Source: a candidate division WOR-3 bacterium
GTDB lineage: Bacteria > Hydrothermota > 32-111
NCBI GenBank assembly: GCA_039804105.1
Contig: JBDRZU010000001.1
Coordinates: 1,056,001-1,120,000 of the forward strand
Reading direction: 5' to 3'
Length of the DNA: 64,000 bases
Positions 9,572 through 18,351 of this stretch are shown here, in pieces. Below the pieces are notes generated by a model. That model was not told where the DNA came from, did not search any database, and worked only from the letters and a program-made list of their open reading frames with translations. The first letter of the stretch is position 1. Every line of letters begins with the position of its first letter. The translations under genes and the position numbers were made by a program.

Positions 9572-10836
9572 AACTTCTCCTTTTCTTTTTTATACTCTTC
9601 TTTTAAAATTACAATACATTCATCGATATTTTTTATTCCCTGAACAATGTCCTCAGCAAACGCTTTACATGTTGGACACCCGCAAGCACCACAATCGATT
9701 CCTGGGAGTTTCTTTTCGATTTCGTTCAACTTTTCGAGTTTATCAAGAGCGATATTAATGTCAGGATCGAGTGTAATCGGCCTTGGGGTAATTTTTTCTG
9801 ATAGAATCATCTCTTTCTCTCTAATATCTTGTTCAACAACCTTTGCTTCATCAGATTCAATTTTAATCTTTTCTGCTAACCTATCAATCCTTTCCTTTGC
9901 AACAAAGGGATTCTCTTTGTTAAAGATTCCCCCAACACAACCACCAGGGCACGCTTGCGCCTCGATATAATCAAAAATCTCCATCTTTCCATCTTCAATT
10001 TTTTCAAGCACCTTTATAACATTGTGAATCTCATCAACCGAAAGTTTTCTTATCTTTCCCTTTATCGAATCATTCTCTCCCCCCTCTCTACCCCATCTGA
10101 TCCCTCTTTTTCCTGATTTTACAATGTCGTTTCTCTTAACTATCGAATCGATATGGTTGACAAGTTTTTCATATATATCAGTAATCGATATCACACCATC
10201 CACAGGTGAAACCGTTTCTCCAACCGGCTCTTTAACGGATGTGACTTTTGCAGGGCAAGGTGTTATAAAGAAAACTCCAATCTCGTCCTCTTTCAGTCCC
10301 GTCTTTTTCACTGCCTCTCTTTTTGCAATCTTTGCTGTGATATCCATTGGTGTTATTATTGGAATTATATTTTCAACAAGGGAAGGGAACCTCACCTGTA
10401 TCAATCGAACAACCGATGGGCATGCTGAGGAGATTAAAGGTGTTATATCCTTATGTTCCTCAATATATTTTTGGGTATAATCGGAAATAATTTCTGCTCC
10501 AACAGCAACCTCAAACACATCATCAAAACCAATCTCAATAAGTCCACCAAGTATTCCTGCTATTTCGAGTCGTTCAGGGAACTGACCTGTTATCGATGGT
10601 GCAGGTATAGCGATTCTGTATTTGTATTTTTTCAGAGAGTCAAGTGGATCAGAGACAGCGTATTTTGCATGGTTTGGACATATTCTTATACATTCCCCAC
10701 AGTCGATACACCTTTCTTCGATTATGAATGCTTTTTCTTTTCTGATTCTTATAGCTTCAGTTGGGCATCTTCTCATACAATGGGTGCACCCTTTACAATC
10801 CTCTTCCCTTAATCTTACAGAATGAAAGTATTTAAT
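9568..10836 (-). CDS. [FeFe]-hydrogenase-like Fe-S protein (putative sensory/regulatory), probable non-AUG start
   Basis: KYFHSVRL..CKGCTHCMRRCP, CIDCGECIRICP, SSACP, TPCPAK, ACPGGCVGG, C-terminal CGACGCPTC; frame is open upstream of ATG 10776 to an in-frame TAA at 10861-10863. Confidence 0.85.
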   Translation of the reverse strand: MKYFHSVRLREEDCKGCTHCMRRCPTEAIRIRKEKAFIIEERCIDCGECIRICPNHAKYAVSDPLDSLKKYKYRIAIPAPSITGQFPERLEIAGILGGLIEIGFDDVFEVAVGAEIISDYTQKYIEEHKDITPLISSACPSVVRLIQVRFPSLVENIIPIITPMDITAKIAKREAVKKTGLKEDEIGVFFITPCPAKVTSVKEPVGETVSPVDGVISITDIYEKLVNHIDSIVKRNDIVKSGKRGIRWGREGGENDSIKGKIRKLSVDEIHNVIKVLEKIEDGKMEIFDYIEAQACPGGCVGGIFNKENPFVAKERIDRLAEKIKIESDEAKVVEQDIREKEMILSEKITPRPITLDPDINIALDKLEKLNEIEKKLPGIDCGACGCPTCKAFAEDIVQGIKNIDECIVILKEEYKKEKEKL

Positions 10837-10837
10837 T

Positions 10838-11269
10838 TTATTTCCCAGAATTTCTCCTGATTATAAAATGGACTTTTGTTCCATCCGGAACCTTACTTTC
10901 GATTTCAAAAAAATCAGAATTTTTTTTTATGTTTGGAAGTCCCATCCCAGCACCAAAACCTAACTCTCTTATTTTTTCAGGTGCTGTTGAATATCCTTCC
11001 TGCATCGCAAGTTCAATGTTTTCAATTCCTGGACCATTATCTATAACCCAAACATCAACCTGTTGTGGAGTTATAACTGCCTCCATCCTTCCATCAGACG
11101 CATGAACCACAACATTCATCTCTGCCTCATAACTTGCAATTGCAACCCTTCTGATATCCTCTGGTGGATAACCCAACTGCTTCAAACTGTTTTTCAAATT
11201 ACTCGACGCTGAACCTGCTCTATCAAAATCATTATGTTTTATTTCAAAATTCAATTTTATTTCACTCAT
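10838..11269 (-). CDS. Anti-sigma-factor-like Ser/Thr kinase (RsbT/RsbW-like ATPase)
   Basis: YEAEMNVVVHA, DNGPGI, GFGAGMGLPN. Confidence 0.9.
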   Translation of the reverse strand: MSEIKLNFEIKHNDFDRAGSASSNLKNSLKQLGYPPEDIRRVAIASYEAEMNVVVHASDGRMEAVITPQQVDVWVIDNGPGIENIELAMQEGYSTAPEKIRELGFGAGMGLPNIKKNSDFFEIESKVPDGTKVHFIIRRNSGK

Positions 11270-11616
11270 ATTTTGAAGTTTACACCATTTTCATACAACA
11301 GACCACATGTTTCAAACATACCTTTATCTGTTACATATATTGAAATACCACTTTTATTAGCAAGTTCAACCATTTCCTTTGTTGGTTTTTTCCCTCTCAC
11401 AAATATCACAGCCGACGCCTCTACCATCTCTGCTGTTCTGATAGTCTGGATGTTCAAAAGGTTTGTGACAATAACCCCATCTTTTTCTGCTATCAGAAGC
11501 ACTTCACTCATCAGATCCGATGCACAGATAGACGAAACACATCTGCTTGCATCAACCTCATAACATTCCTTACACGGAACTATTTTTTTTATATCATCAA
11601 GTTTCAGTTTTTTCAT
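11266..11616 (-). CDS. DRTGG-domain protein
   Basis: ASDLMSEVL...NIQTIRTAEM...FVRGK...MFETCGLLY. Confidence 0.85.
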   Translation of the reverse strand: MKKLKLDDIKKIVPCKECYEVDASRCVSSICASDLMSEVLLIAEKDGVIVTNLLNIQTIRTAEMVEASAVIFVRGKKPTKEMVELANKSGISIYVTDKGMFETCGLLYENGVNFKI

Positions 11617-11625
11617 AATTTTTTA

Positions 11626-11653
11626 ATTATATTATATAACTTCATTAAGTCAA
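11626..11653 (-). promoter_or_regulatory. Sigma70-type promoter of the hydrogenase operon (near-leaderless)
   Basis: TTGACT-N16-TATAAT, 9 nt upstream of ATG 11616, no SD. Confidence 0.7.
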
Positions 11654-11656
11654 CTC

Positions 11657-11718
11657 TTAAAATCGGGGACGGTGCTTGTTAAAATCGGGGACGGTGCTTG
11701 ACTTTTTGACATTTTTTT
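11657..11718 (+). repeat. RAYT-associated repeat copies A1/A2 (22-bp tandem duplication, second copy full length)
   Basis: TTAAAATCGGGGACGGTGCTTG twice, followed by ACTTTTTGACATTTTTTT. Confidence 0.92.
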
Positions 11719-11748
11719 GTAACTTATTCTTTTTTCGATAGATATTAC

Positions 11749-13083
11749 TTATAAACTTTTTATCATATTTACATATTTTTCAACTTCAAACTTTCTTTTT
11801 AGTCCATTTTCACTCATATATCTGACTTTTCCAAAAATTTCTCTCTCTTTAAAAGGTCTATCATGTTTTCCAAAACACCATGATATTCCCGCATATCCAT
11901 TGGAATCTCTTCCATCAAGTTCATATTTGTCGTTTAGGTAAATCAATCTTTCATACGCCTCTTCTGGAGTTTTGCTCCACTCGATCACTTTTTTACCCCA
12001 ATACATCCTCATATACCCATGCATCTTACCTTTTATAACCATCTCTTTCTGTGCACTATTCCAGAAACGATCATGAGTTTTACTGTTTTCGAGTTCTTCT
12101 AATGTGTATAAGTATTTTCTTTTATCTTTAATATGTTTTTTTAAACTCTCTTTTGCCCAATTTGGCAAAGAATCAAACTTGTCATAATTTTCGTTATAAT
12201 ATGTAAAATTTATCGCGAATTCTCTTCTAACTATCAACTCATCAAGAAAAGGATTTTTAATATTCGAATTCACTTTTAAAACCTTCAATACAATCTCAAC
12301 AGGTGAAATTTGACCAAAATGAAGATATGGACTCAGATCTGATGTAAAACTTTTTGTTGGATCGTTTTTAAAAAGTTCATACTCTTTTAACTTATTCGTT
12401 AAAAAATCTTCCAATTTATTCTTTGCCTTACTATATCCTCCTCTGTAAAATTTTGAAGATGAAACAGATCTATCACAATTTATTTTCGTTAAAAGATTTT
12501 GAATGTCTAACCTATAAAACATCTTATCCCATTTCTTCAATGGCTTTTGAATTTTTATTTCATTCAAAAAATTAGGCGCTTTTTCTATAATTTTTCTTCT
12601 GAATGTTGCTGCAGAAAATTCTTCTTTGTTAGATACTACTTCTACTGGAACAACAATGTCGGTTTCAACTTGAAAAAACGAACTTTTGATTCCTTTTATT
12701 ATTTCGCTTCTCCAACTCCTTTGTATTCTTGTATATCCCATATCTGTTATCACAAGCGATGCTTTTGAAGAATATTTTGTAACTATTTCAACAGGATCTC
12801 CAACTTCTAATATTGTTCCGATACCAAAAGATTCAAGTTTTTCAAAAGTTTCCTTTAAACCTTCAAGCATAAAAAAGTAATGCCTTAAGTTTGCGTTTGG
12901 GAAAGATGGTACTAAACAGAAAACAACAAGTAAAGGTAACTTAAATTCATTTGATTTCTCTATCGAAAAAGATAAAGCATGGTTATATTCAACTCTTTGT
13001 GATGCCTGCATCCAATATAAAACAAAATCCCCTTTTTTAACTCCATAATCTTTTAGAACTTTTATTCTTTCCTGCTCAACCAT
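11749..13083 (-). CDS. phr: Class II CPD photolyase
   Basis: VLYWMQASQRVEYNHAL, SDLSPYLHFGQIS, GKMHGYMRMYWGKK, LDGRDSNGYAGISW. Confidence 0.93.
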   Translation of the reverse strand: MVEQERIKVLKDYGVKKGDFVLYWMQASQRVEYNHALSFSIEKSNEFKLPLLVVFCLVPSFPNANLRHYFFMLEGLKETFEKLESFGIGTILEVGDPVEIVTKYSSKASLVITDMGYTRIQRSWRSEIIKGIKSSFFQVETDIVVPVEVVSNKEEFSAATFRRKIIEKAPNFLNEIKIQKPLKKWDKMFYRLDIQNLLTKINCDRSVSSSKFYRGGYSKAKNKLEDFLTNKLKEYELFKNDPTKSFTSDLSPYLHFGQISPVEIVLKVLKVNSNIKNPFLDELIVRREFAINFTYYNENYDKFDSLPNWAKESLKKHIKDKRKYLYTLEELENSKTHDRFWNSAQKEMVIKGKMHGYMRMYWGKKVIEWSKTPEEAYERLIYLNDKYELDGRDSNGYAGISWCFGKHDRPFKEREIFGKVRYMSENGLKRKFEVEKYVNMIKSL

Positions 13084-13085
13084 AT

Positions 13086-14339
13086 TTAAAGATGGAATTT
13101 TTTAATATAACCTTTTATTAAATTTTTTGGGTCATAAAATTTAACAAGATCTTTTAGCTTCAATTTCTTTAAGGATCTTTTTGGTTCACCCTTTTTATAT
13201 TGTTTGATGAAATCCAGAATTTGAAGTGAACCTTTTTCTATTGAACACTGATTTTTTGCAAACTCATAAGCTTTTTCAGAAATTTTTTCTAAACTCAAAT
13301 CATCTTTTTCAATTTTATCAAAAAAATTCATCAAAGAAACTTCAAAATTGTTAATATCTATTGAAAAAACGCAATCTTTTGGTATATCCTCAAAAGATTT
13401 TTCTCTAATTATTGCGGTTGGTATTCCAAACCCTAAAAATTTTATCAAATTACTAGACATCTCTCCTCTTACGGGATATCTAATGTTTATCGCATAATCA
13501 CATTCTTTCATCAATTTTAAAAATTTTTCATCGTCGACCTCTTTGAAAATCTCACAATACTGTTCAAGATTTTGCTTTTCTATTATTTTTTTAAGATCTA
13601 TATCAACATCCTCACCAACAATCCTTAGTATAATCTGTCTCGTTGAACCATTTTGAAACTTTTTAAAAACTTGTAAAGTTTCCTCTATCATCCTGTCTTT
13701 GGAAAGGTATCCAAAGATTCCAACAGTTATTTTTTCTTTTTTTAATCGATCCACTTTCTCTACCCATGGACATATATGATTTATTTTTAAAACCTTAGCT
13801 TCTGGATTTATTTCTGTTATAAGATTTTTTGCATATTCTGAATGAACAATAAAATGGTTATTCGAAAGAGCAATTTCACGTAGCAAAGGGAAATCAACAA
13901 AAAGGTTTCTATCTTTTCCTTGGTTGTTTAAAAGTTGTTTAATTTTTTGAAAGTCATCCGTTTCATTGAGTAAATATTTCAAATACAGGAATGGTTCTTT
14001 ATGCTGTATAGATCTATAATACAAAAGATCATGTAGATTTAGATCATGAAGAAAAACTATTCCAGGTTCTTTCAATGCTTTTTCATAAGAAGGAAGATGT
14101 AATGGATGGTTTCCGAGAGAATATATTAAAAGATCAAAATCACCATCGCGAACCAAATCGATGTAAATTCCATTTCCATTTCGTGTTGCAGAAACAGGGA
14201 AAAAATCAAATTCTACACTCTTTTTCAACTCTTTCAAAAGCACTTCTGAATAAACCGAAATTCCCGACCTAACAGGTGGAAAAGGACTTACCCACCCTAT
14301 TTTTTTCTTATTCGGGGACGGTGCTTGACTTTTTGACAT
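13086..14339 (-). CDS. GT4-family glycosyltransferase
   Basis: WVSPFPPVRSGISVYS, YSLGNHPLH, PGIVFLHD, NIRYPVRGEMSS. Confidence 0.85.
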   Translation of the reverse strand: MSKSQAPSPNKKKIGWVSPFPPVRSGISVYSEVLLKELKKSVEFDFFPVSATRNGNGIYIDLVRDGDFDLLIYSLGNHPLHLPSYEKALKEPGIVFLHDLNLHDLLYYRSIQHKEPFLYLKYLLNETDDFQKIKQLLNNQGKDRNLFVDFPLLREIALSNNHFIVHSEYAKNLITEINPEAKVLKINHICPWVEKVDRLKKEKITVGIFGYLSKDRMIEETLQVFKKFQNGSTRQIILRIVGEDVDIDLKKIIEKQNLEQYCEIFKEVDDEKFLKLMKECDYAINIRYPVRGEMSSNLIKFLGFGIPTAIIREKSFEDIPKDCVFSIDINNFEVSLMNFFDKIEKDDLSLEKISEKAYEFAKNQCSIEKGSLQILDFIKQYKKGEPKRSLKKLKLKDLVKFYDPKNLIKGYIKKFHL

Positions 14340-15225
14340 TTTTCTCCTTTTCCCTTTTATAAATTGTTCCTAAAGAAGACAGTTGAAGTGTTTTAAAATA
14401 TTTTATTCTCGATATTTGCCTATATGTTAAAAGATATTTATCGTGTAAAAAAACAAGTAACTCTGCTCTTAATTTTTTCCAGAAATTTTCGCTAAAATTT
14501 GCTTTTTTAAAGTCAATATTTTTTTCTTTTTCAAACTCATGTATCAACTCTTCAATTTCTAAGTTTCTTTCTTTTTTTGTCCTTATGTTCGTAAAAGTAT
14601 TTTCAGTTTTTCTTCTATCAAATTTTTTCATCGCTTCTTTAAAAAATTCTTCGCTTCCAAGAAATTCTCCAACTCTTGATTTTTTCACAGGTAAATTTTT
14701 TCTCTCCCAAGCTTTCAAAGATTGATTTAGCTGTTTTATATTTCCAAAAAGTTCTTCAACTTTTTCTTTGGCAATAAAACTTTCGGTATCAGAAAAATAG
14801 TGGTTTATACTTGACCATTGATAATCAAACGGATTTTCAACTATATCTGCTTTTACAGGATTTAGCAAGGTGTATATGATAGACATTTTCAAATACTTGT
14901 CATCCTGTATCAGTGTTGATTTAAACCTACTTGCAAAAACATATCCTCTACCTCCAAAATTTTTCCTATAATATATTCCATAAGAACCATCAAGTTCTTT
15001 TATAAACTCTGATAATAAATTTTTATGATTTTTTATAACTAAGTGAAAATGGTTTTTCATCAAACAATATGCATAGATTTCCATGCCATATTTTTTTGAT
15101 AAAATCTCAAGAAGTTCAAGAAAATGTTGCTTTGCTTTTGGATTGAAAAATATCTTTTCATTTTTAAACCCTCTGTTCATAATATGATGGTATGAACCTT
15201 CATACTTAACTCTTGCTCTTCTCAT
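14308..15225 (-). mobile_element. REP-associated tyrosine transposase (RAYT, Y1 HUH) with C-terminal HTH-like extension
   Basis: YHHIMNRG, AYCLMKNHFHL (HUH), YTLLNPVKA..YQWSS; SD GGGAGGAG; flanked by inverted repeats. Confidence 0.9.
14314..14343 (+). repeat. RAYT-associated repeat copy B
   Basis: GGGGACGGTGCTTGACTTTTTGACATTTTT. Confidence 0.95.
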
Positions 15226-15270
15226 TACTCCTCCCCGTTTTTTAACTTATCATATTTGATAAGGTTACAC

Positions 15271-15300
15271 AAAAATGTCAAAAAGTCAAGCACCGTCCCC
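15271..15300 (-). repeat. RAYT-associated repeat copy C (inverted relative to B)
   Basis: AAAAATGTCAAAAAGTCAAGCACCGTCCCC, the exact reverse complement of copy B. Confidence 0.95.
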
Positions 15301-15666
15301 GATAATAGTTACAATTTTTCTTTTTTTGCGGATCAGACGGATTTGAGGGAAGGGAATTTTTTTATCTTTGATTTCATGAATTTTTTTGTAACCCTTTTCG
15401 GTTAGAACAAGATATTTCTCTCTCTTATCTGTTTCTGAAACTAGTTTTTTTAAAAAACCTTTTTTTATAAGTTTTTCAGTGATCTTTGTCATCCTCGGTT
15501 TTGAAACATAAAGTTCTTTTGAAAGTTGTGTAAGATCCATTTTTTTCTCACTGATCGTACACAATACCATCGCTTCATTCATCGTAAGTTTTGTCTCCTT
15601 TTTGAGATTGTAGTCAAAAAGGTAGAGTTCTTTGAAAATTTTTTTAAGATAACAGATTTTTTCCAT
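15286..15666 (-). CDS. MarR-family transcriptional regulator
   Basis: wHTH LTQLSKELYVSKPRMTKITEKL...DKREKYLVLTEKG. Confidence 0.9.
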   Translation of the reverse strand: MEKICYLKKIFKELYLFDYNLKKETKLTMNEAMVLCTISEKKMDLTQLSKELYVSKPRMTKITEKLIKKGFLKKLVSETDKREKYLVLTEKGYKKIHEIKDKKIPFPQIRLIRKKRKIVTIIGDGA

Positions 15667-15679
15667 AAACTTTTAAAAT

Positions 15680-15698
15680 TAGTTAATATTGTTAACTA
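15680..15698. promoter_or_regulatory. Probable MarR operator palindrome
   Basis: TAGTTAA-N5-TTAACTA overlapping the -10/+1 of the marR promoter (TTGACT-N17-TATAGT). Confidence 0.55.
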
Positions 15699-15795
15699 TA
15701 TAACAAAAAATTAAAAAAGTCAATAATTCTCTATTAATCAATAATCTCAAAAATTTTTAAAAATTATGATTTCTAAAAAAATGTAAATTTTTCTA

Positions 15796-15823
15796 TTGAC
15801 ATTTTTCTGAAAAGATTTAAAAT
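15796..15823 (+). promoter_or_regulatory. Sigma70-type promoter of the mbx operon
   Basis: TTGACA-N16-TAAAAT. Confidence 0.65.
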
Positions 15824-15843
15824 TGAAAAAAATCGGGAGTATT

Positions 15844-16350
15844 ATGGATAAAAAATGTTCCATTTCCAGTTTTTTTAACTCTTTTTTATTTTTTTTCGTA
15901 ATCTATCTTTTTCTCACCTACCCTTTTAACATTCAAGAAATTTTAACAGGCTTTCTTGTTTCAATTATTCTTGTGTTTCTTTTTAAAAATTTTCTTGATT
16001 ATTTTTCGTTAAAAATACCTTTATTTTTATCTCTGTTTCATCTTTTGATTTACATTTTCTATCTTTTGTTCGAAATTGTCAAAGCGAACCTTAATGTTGC
16101 AAAAATAGTTCTTTCTCCAAGAATCAATGTGAACTCTGCTATAGTGTCTTGTAGAACACAATTAAAATCTGAACTTGCAAAATCGATTCTTGCCAATTCG
16201 ATCACATTAACTCCTGGAACTCTCTCGGTTGATATTGATGGTGATACGCTGTTTATACATTGTATTGATGTTAAATCTACATCTGAAGATGATGTTTATA
16301 AAAATATTGTCAAACCGTTTGAAGATAAAATAAAGAGGTTTGCATTATGA
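15844..16350 (+). CDS. Mrp/Mbx subunit A (MnhE-like)
   Basis: KANLNVAKIVL, LANSITLTPGTLSVD; start ATG 15844 after GGGAG (TTG 15823 is an alternative). Confidence 0.9.
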   Translation: MDKKCSISSFFNSFLFFFVIYLFLTYPFNIQEILTGFLVSIILVFLFKNFLDYFSLKIPLFLSLFHLLIYIFYLLFEIVKANLNVAKIVLSPRINVNSAIVSCRTQLKSELAKSILANSITLTPGTLSVDIDGDTLFIHCIDVKSTSEDDVYKNIVKPFEDKIKRFAL

Positions 16351-16610
16351 ATACTTTATATACTGTTTGGTTTATCATCCTTGGATTATCGGTACTACTT
16401 ATACTGTTTAGATTTTTTAAAGGGCCCCTTATTCAGGATCGGACAATCGCTCTTGATATGTTTACAACGATCTCTTCAGGTGGTCTTGTTTTGATCGCTT
16501 CTTTTTTGGAAAACCTACTTATTTTAGACATCTCTCTTGTTTATGCAATTCTCTCTTTTGTATCGGTTGTAGCTATTTCAAAATATCTTGAAGAGAGAGG
16601 TTCAAAATGA
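16347..16610 (+). CDS. Mrp/Mbx subunit B (MnhF-like)
   Basis: RFFKGP..DRTIALD, LDISLVYAILSF. Confidence 0.9.
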   Translation: MNTLYTVWFIILGLSVLLILFRFFKGPLIQDRTIALDMFTTISSGGLVLIASFLENLLILDISLVYAILSFVSVVAISKYLEERGSK

Positions 16611-16930
16611 ACATAATAGGCATTATTCTGATTTTCATAGGAGTAATTTTTTCTTTACTTGGAAGTATTGGGATATTAAGGATGAAAGATTTATACAACA
16701 GATTACAAACTTCAACAAAAGCAACCACTCTTGGTGCTTTTTCTACAATAATCGGTGTTGGTTTTTTGCATCCATCATGGTTTTTCAAACTCATTCTCAT
16801 ATCTTTTTTCATTCTCATAACAGCCCCTATCGCTTCCCATTCACTCGCAAGAGCATCACATAAAACAGGAGTAGCACTAAAAAAAGATCAGTTCGATGCT
16901 TTAAAAAACGAAAATGGAGAAACAAAATGA
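16607..16930 (+). CDS. Mrp/Mbx subunit C (MnhG-like)
   Basis: GILRMKDLYNRLQTSTKATTLG, TAPIASHSLARA. Confidence 0.92.
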   Translation: MNIIGIILIFIGVIFSLLGSIGILRMKDLYNRLQTSTKATTLGAFSTIIGVGFLHPSWFFKLILISFFILITAPIASHSLARASHKTGVALKKDQFDALKNENGETK

Positions 16931-17169
16931 TATTCTGGATTTTTATTTTTATTTTCGTTCTTTCGATAATTCTTTCTATCATCTCAATCCTTGTAAAAGA
17001 TCTTCTGTATTCCGTTCTATCCCTTGCTCTTTTAAGTTTGATAACATCTATACTTTTTCTTATTTTAAATGCTCCTGATGTAGCAATCACTGAAGCAGCA
17101 GTTGGAGCGGCTTTAACAACTGTTATCTACATCTTTGGAATCAGAAGAACAAAAAGGGAGGATGAATGA
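16927..17169 (+). CDS. Mbx subunit D (DUF4040/MnhB-N-like)
   Basis: APDVAITEAAVGA. Confidence 0.9.
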   Translation: MIFWIFIFIFVLSIILSIISILVKDLLYSVLSLALLSLITSILFLILNAPDVAITEAAVGAALTTVIYIFGIRRTKREDE

Positions 17170-17996
17170 GAGAAACAGATTTTAATGTTGGAAAATTTTT
17201 TGCTTTTATTTTTGTTATGATCATTTTTTTATTTATGATTTCTTCACTTTTTGAAGAAGGGAACGGTCTAAAACTTGATCCAACTCTAAAAGATATAAAA
17301 AATAGAATATCTTATTTCCATTCCTTAAAATCGGTCAAGGAAAGTGAACGAATCCTTCAGAATTATAACGATTTTTCAAGATATAGAGAAATAGTTGATA
17401 GTGCAAAAACGATCACCTTAAATGAATCAAAAGATCTTGAAAATGGTTCAGCGAACCTTGTTACATCTATTGTTCTTGATTATAGGGGATTCGATACACT
17501 CGGGGAACTTCTTGTGCTTTTCATTTCGATTCTTGGACTAACAATCATACTTTCAGGGTTATCTTTTGAAAAGTTCAAAGAACCATCTTTTTTACAGATT
17601 ACAGGTGTAAAATTTATTTCACCTTTTATAACTCTTGTTGCTATCTATGTATTTTTACATGGACATCTTTCCCCAGGCGGTGGATTCCCCGCAGGAGCAA
17701 TGATCGCAACCGCCACACTTTTTTCACTGATTGGGTATAAATACAGTTACACCATATCCATTCTTAAAATCATCGAATCAAAATCTGGTTTTTTAATAGT
17801 TTTTCTTGCAATCTGTGGACTATATTTTACAGGTTCATTTTTTAGCAACTTTTTACCAACTGGAAAAGTTGGAGAACTTTTCAGTTCAATTTTGATTCTT
17901 ATCATCTATTCCCTTGTTGGATTTAAAGTTGGTGCGGAACTTTCAACAGGTATAAAAACCCTTTACGATGGAGAAAAAGATGCAAATAGACAATAG
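17166..17996 (+). CDS. Mbx subunit E/F fusion (MnhB-like)
   Basis: NLVTSIVLDYRGFDTLGE, HGHLSPGGGFPAG. Confidence 0.9.
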   Translation: MRETDFNVGKFFAFIFVMIIFLFMISSLFEEGNGLKLDPTLKDIKNRISYFHSLKSVKESERILQNYNDFSRYREIVDSAKTITLNESKDLENGSANLVTSIVLDYRGFDTLGELLVLFISILGLTIILSGLSFEKFKEPSFLQITGVKFISPFITLVAIYVFLHGHLSPGGGFPAGAMIATATLFSLIGYKYSYTISILKIIESKSGFLIVFLAICGLYFTGSFFSNFLPTGKVGELFSSILILIIYSLVGFKVGAELSTGIKTLYDGEKDANRQ

Positions 17997-18351
17997 AACT
18001 TTATATATTTTTTCTTTCATTATTTTTCTGATAGGAGTTTATGGGGTGATTACCAACAAAAATCTCTTCAAAATCCTTATATCTTTAAGTATAATGGAAA
18101 CAGCATTAAATATTTTTCTTGTATCAATAGGCTACATATCAGGATCAAAACCACCAATACTATTTTCTGGAATGAAAACAATTTCTCCTACAAATATAAA
18201 TATTTCTGATCCATTACCTCATGCATTGGTTTTAACAGCAATAGTGATAGGTGTTGGAACAACTGCTGTTGGAGTTGGACTTGCGATAAAACTTTTTAAC
18301 CACTATAAAACTTTAAATATCAACAGAATGGGAGATAAAGATGAATTATAA
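17980..18351 (+). CDS. Mbx subunit G (MnhC-like)
   Basis: DPLPHALVLTAIVIG; start after GGAG. Confidence 0.92.
   Translation: MQIDNRTLYIFSFIIFLIGVYGVITNKNLFKILISLSIMETALNIFLVSIGYISGSKPPILFSGMKTISPTNINISDPLPHALVLTAIVIGVGTTAVGVGLAIKLFNHYKTLNINRMGDKDEL

Noticed and set aside
1189..11563. Many plus-strand ORFs of 60-136 aa across cstA and the hyd operon
   Set aside because: They are antisense shadows of well-supported minus-strand genes and have no motifs
1645..11616. Selenocysteine recoding in hydrogenase subunits
   Set aside because: No in-frame TGA at Cys positions; the ORFs are complete
14308..15300. IS200/IS605 element or classical TIR insertion sequence
   Set aside because: There is no tnpB, no subterminal hairpins and no evident target-site duplication, and the protein has the RAYT NPVKA..WSS motif
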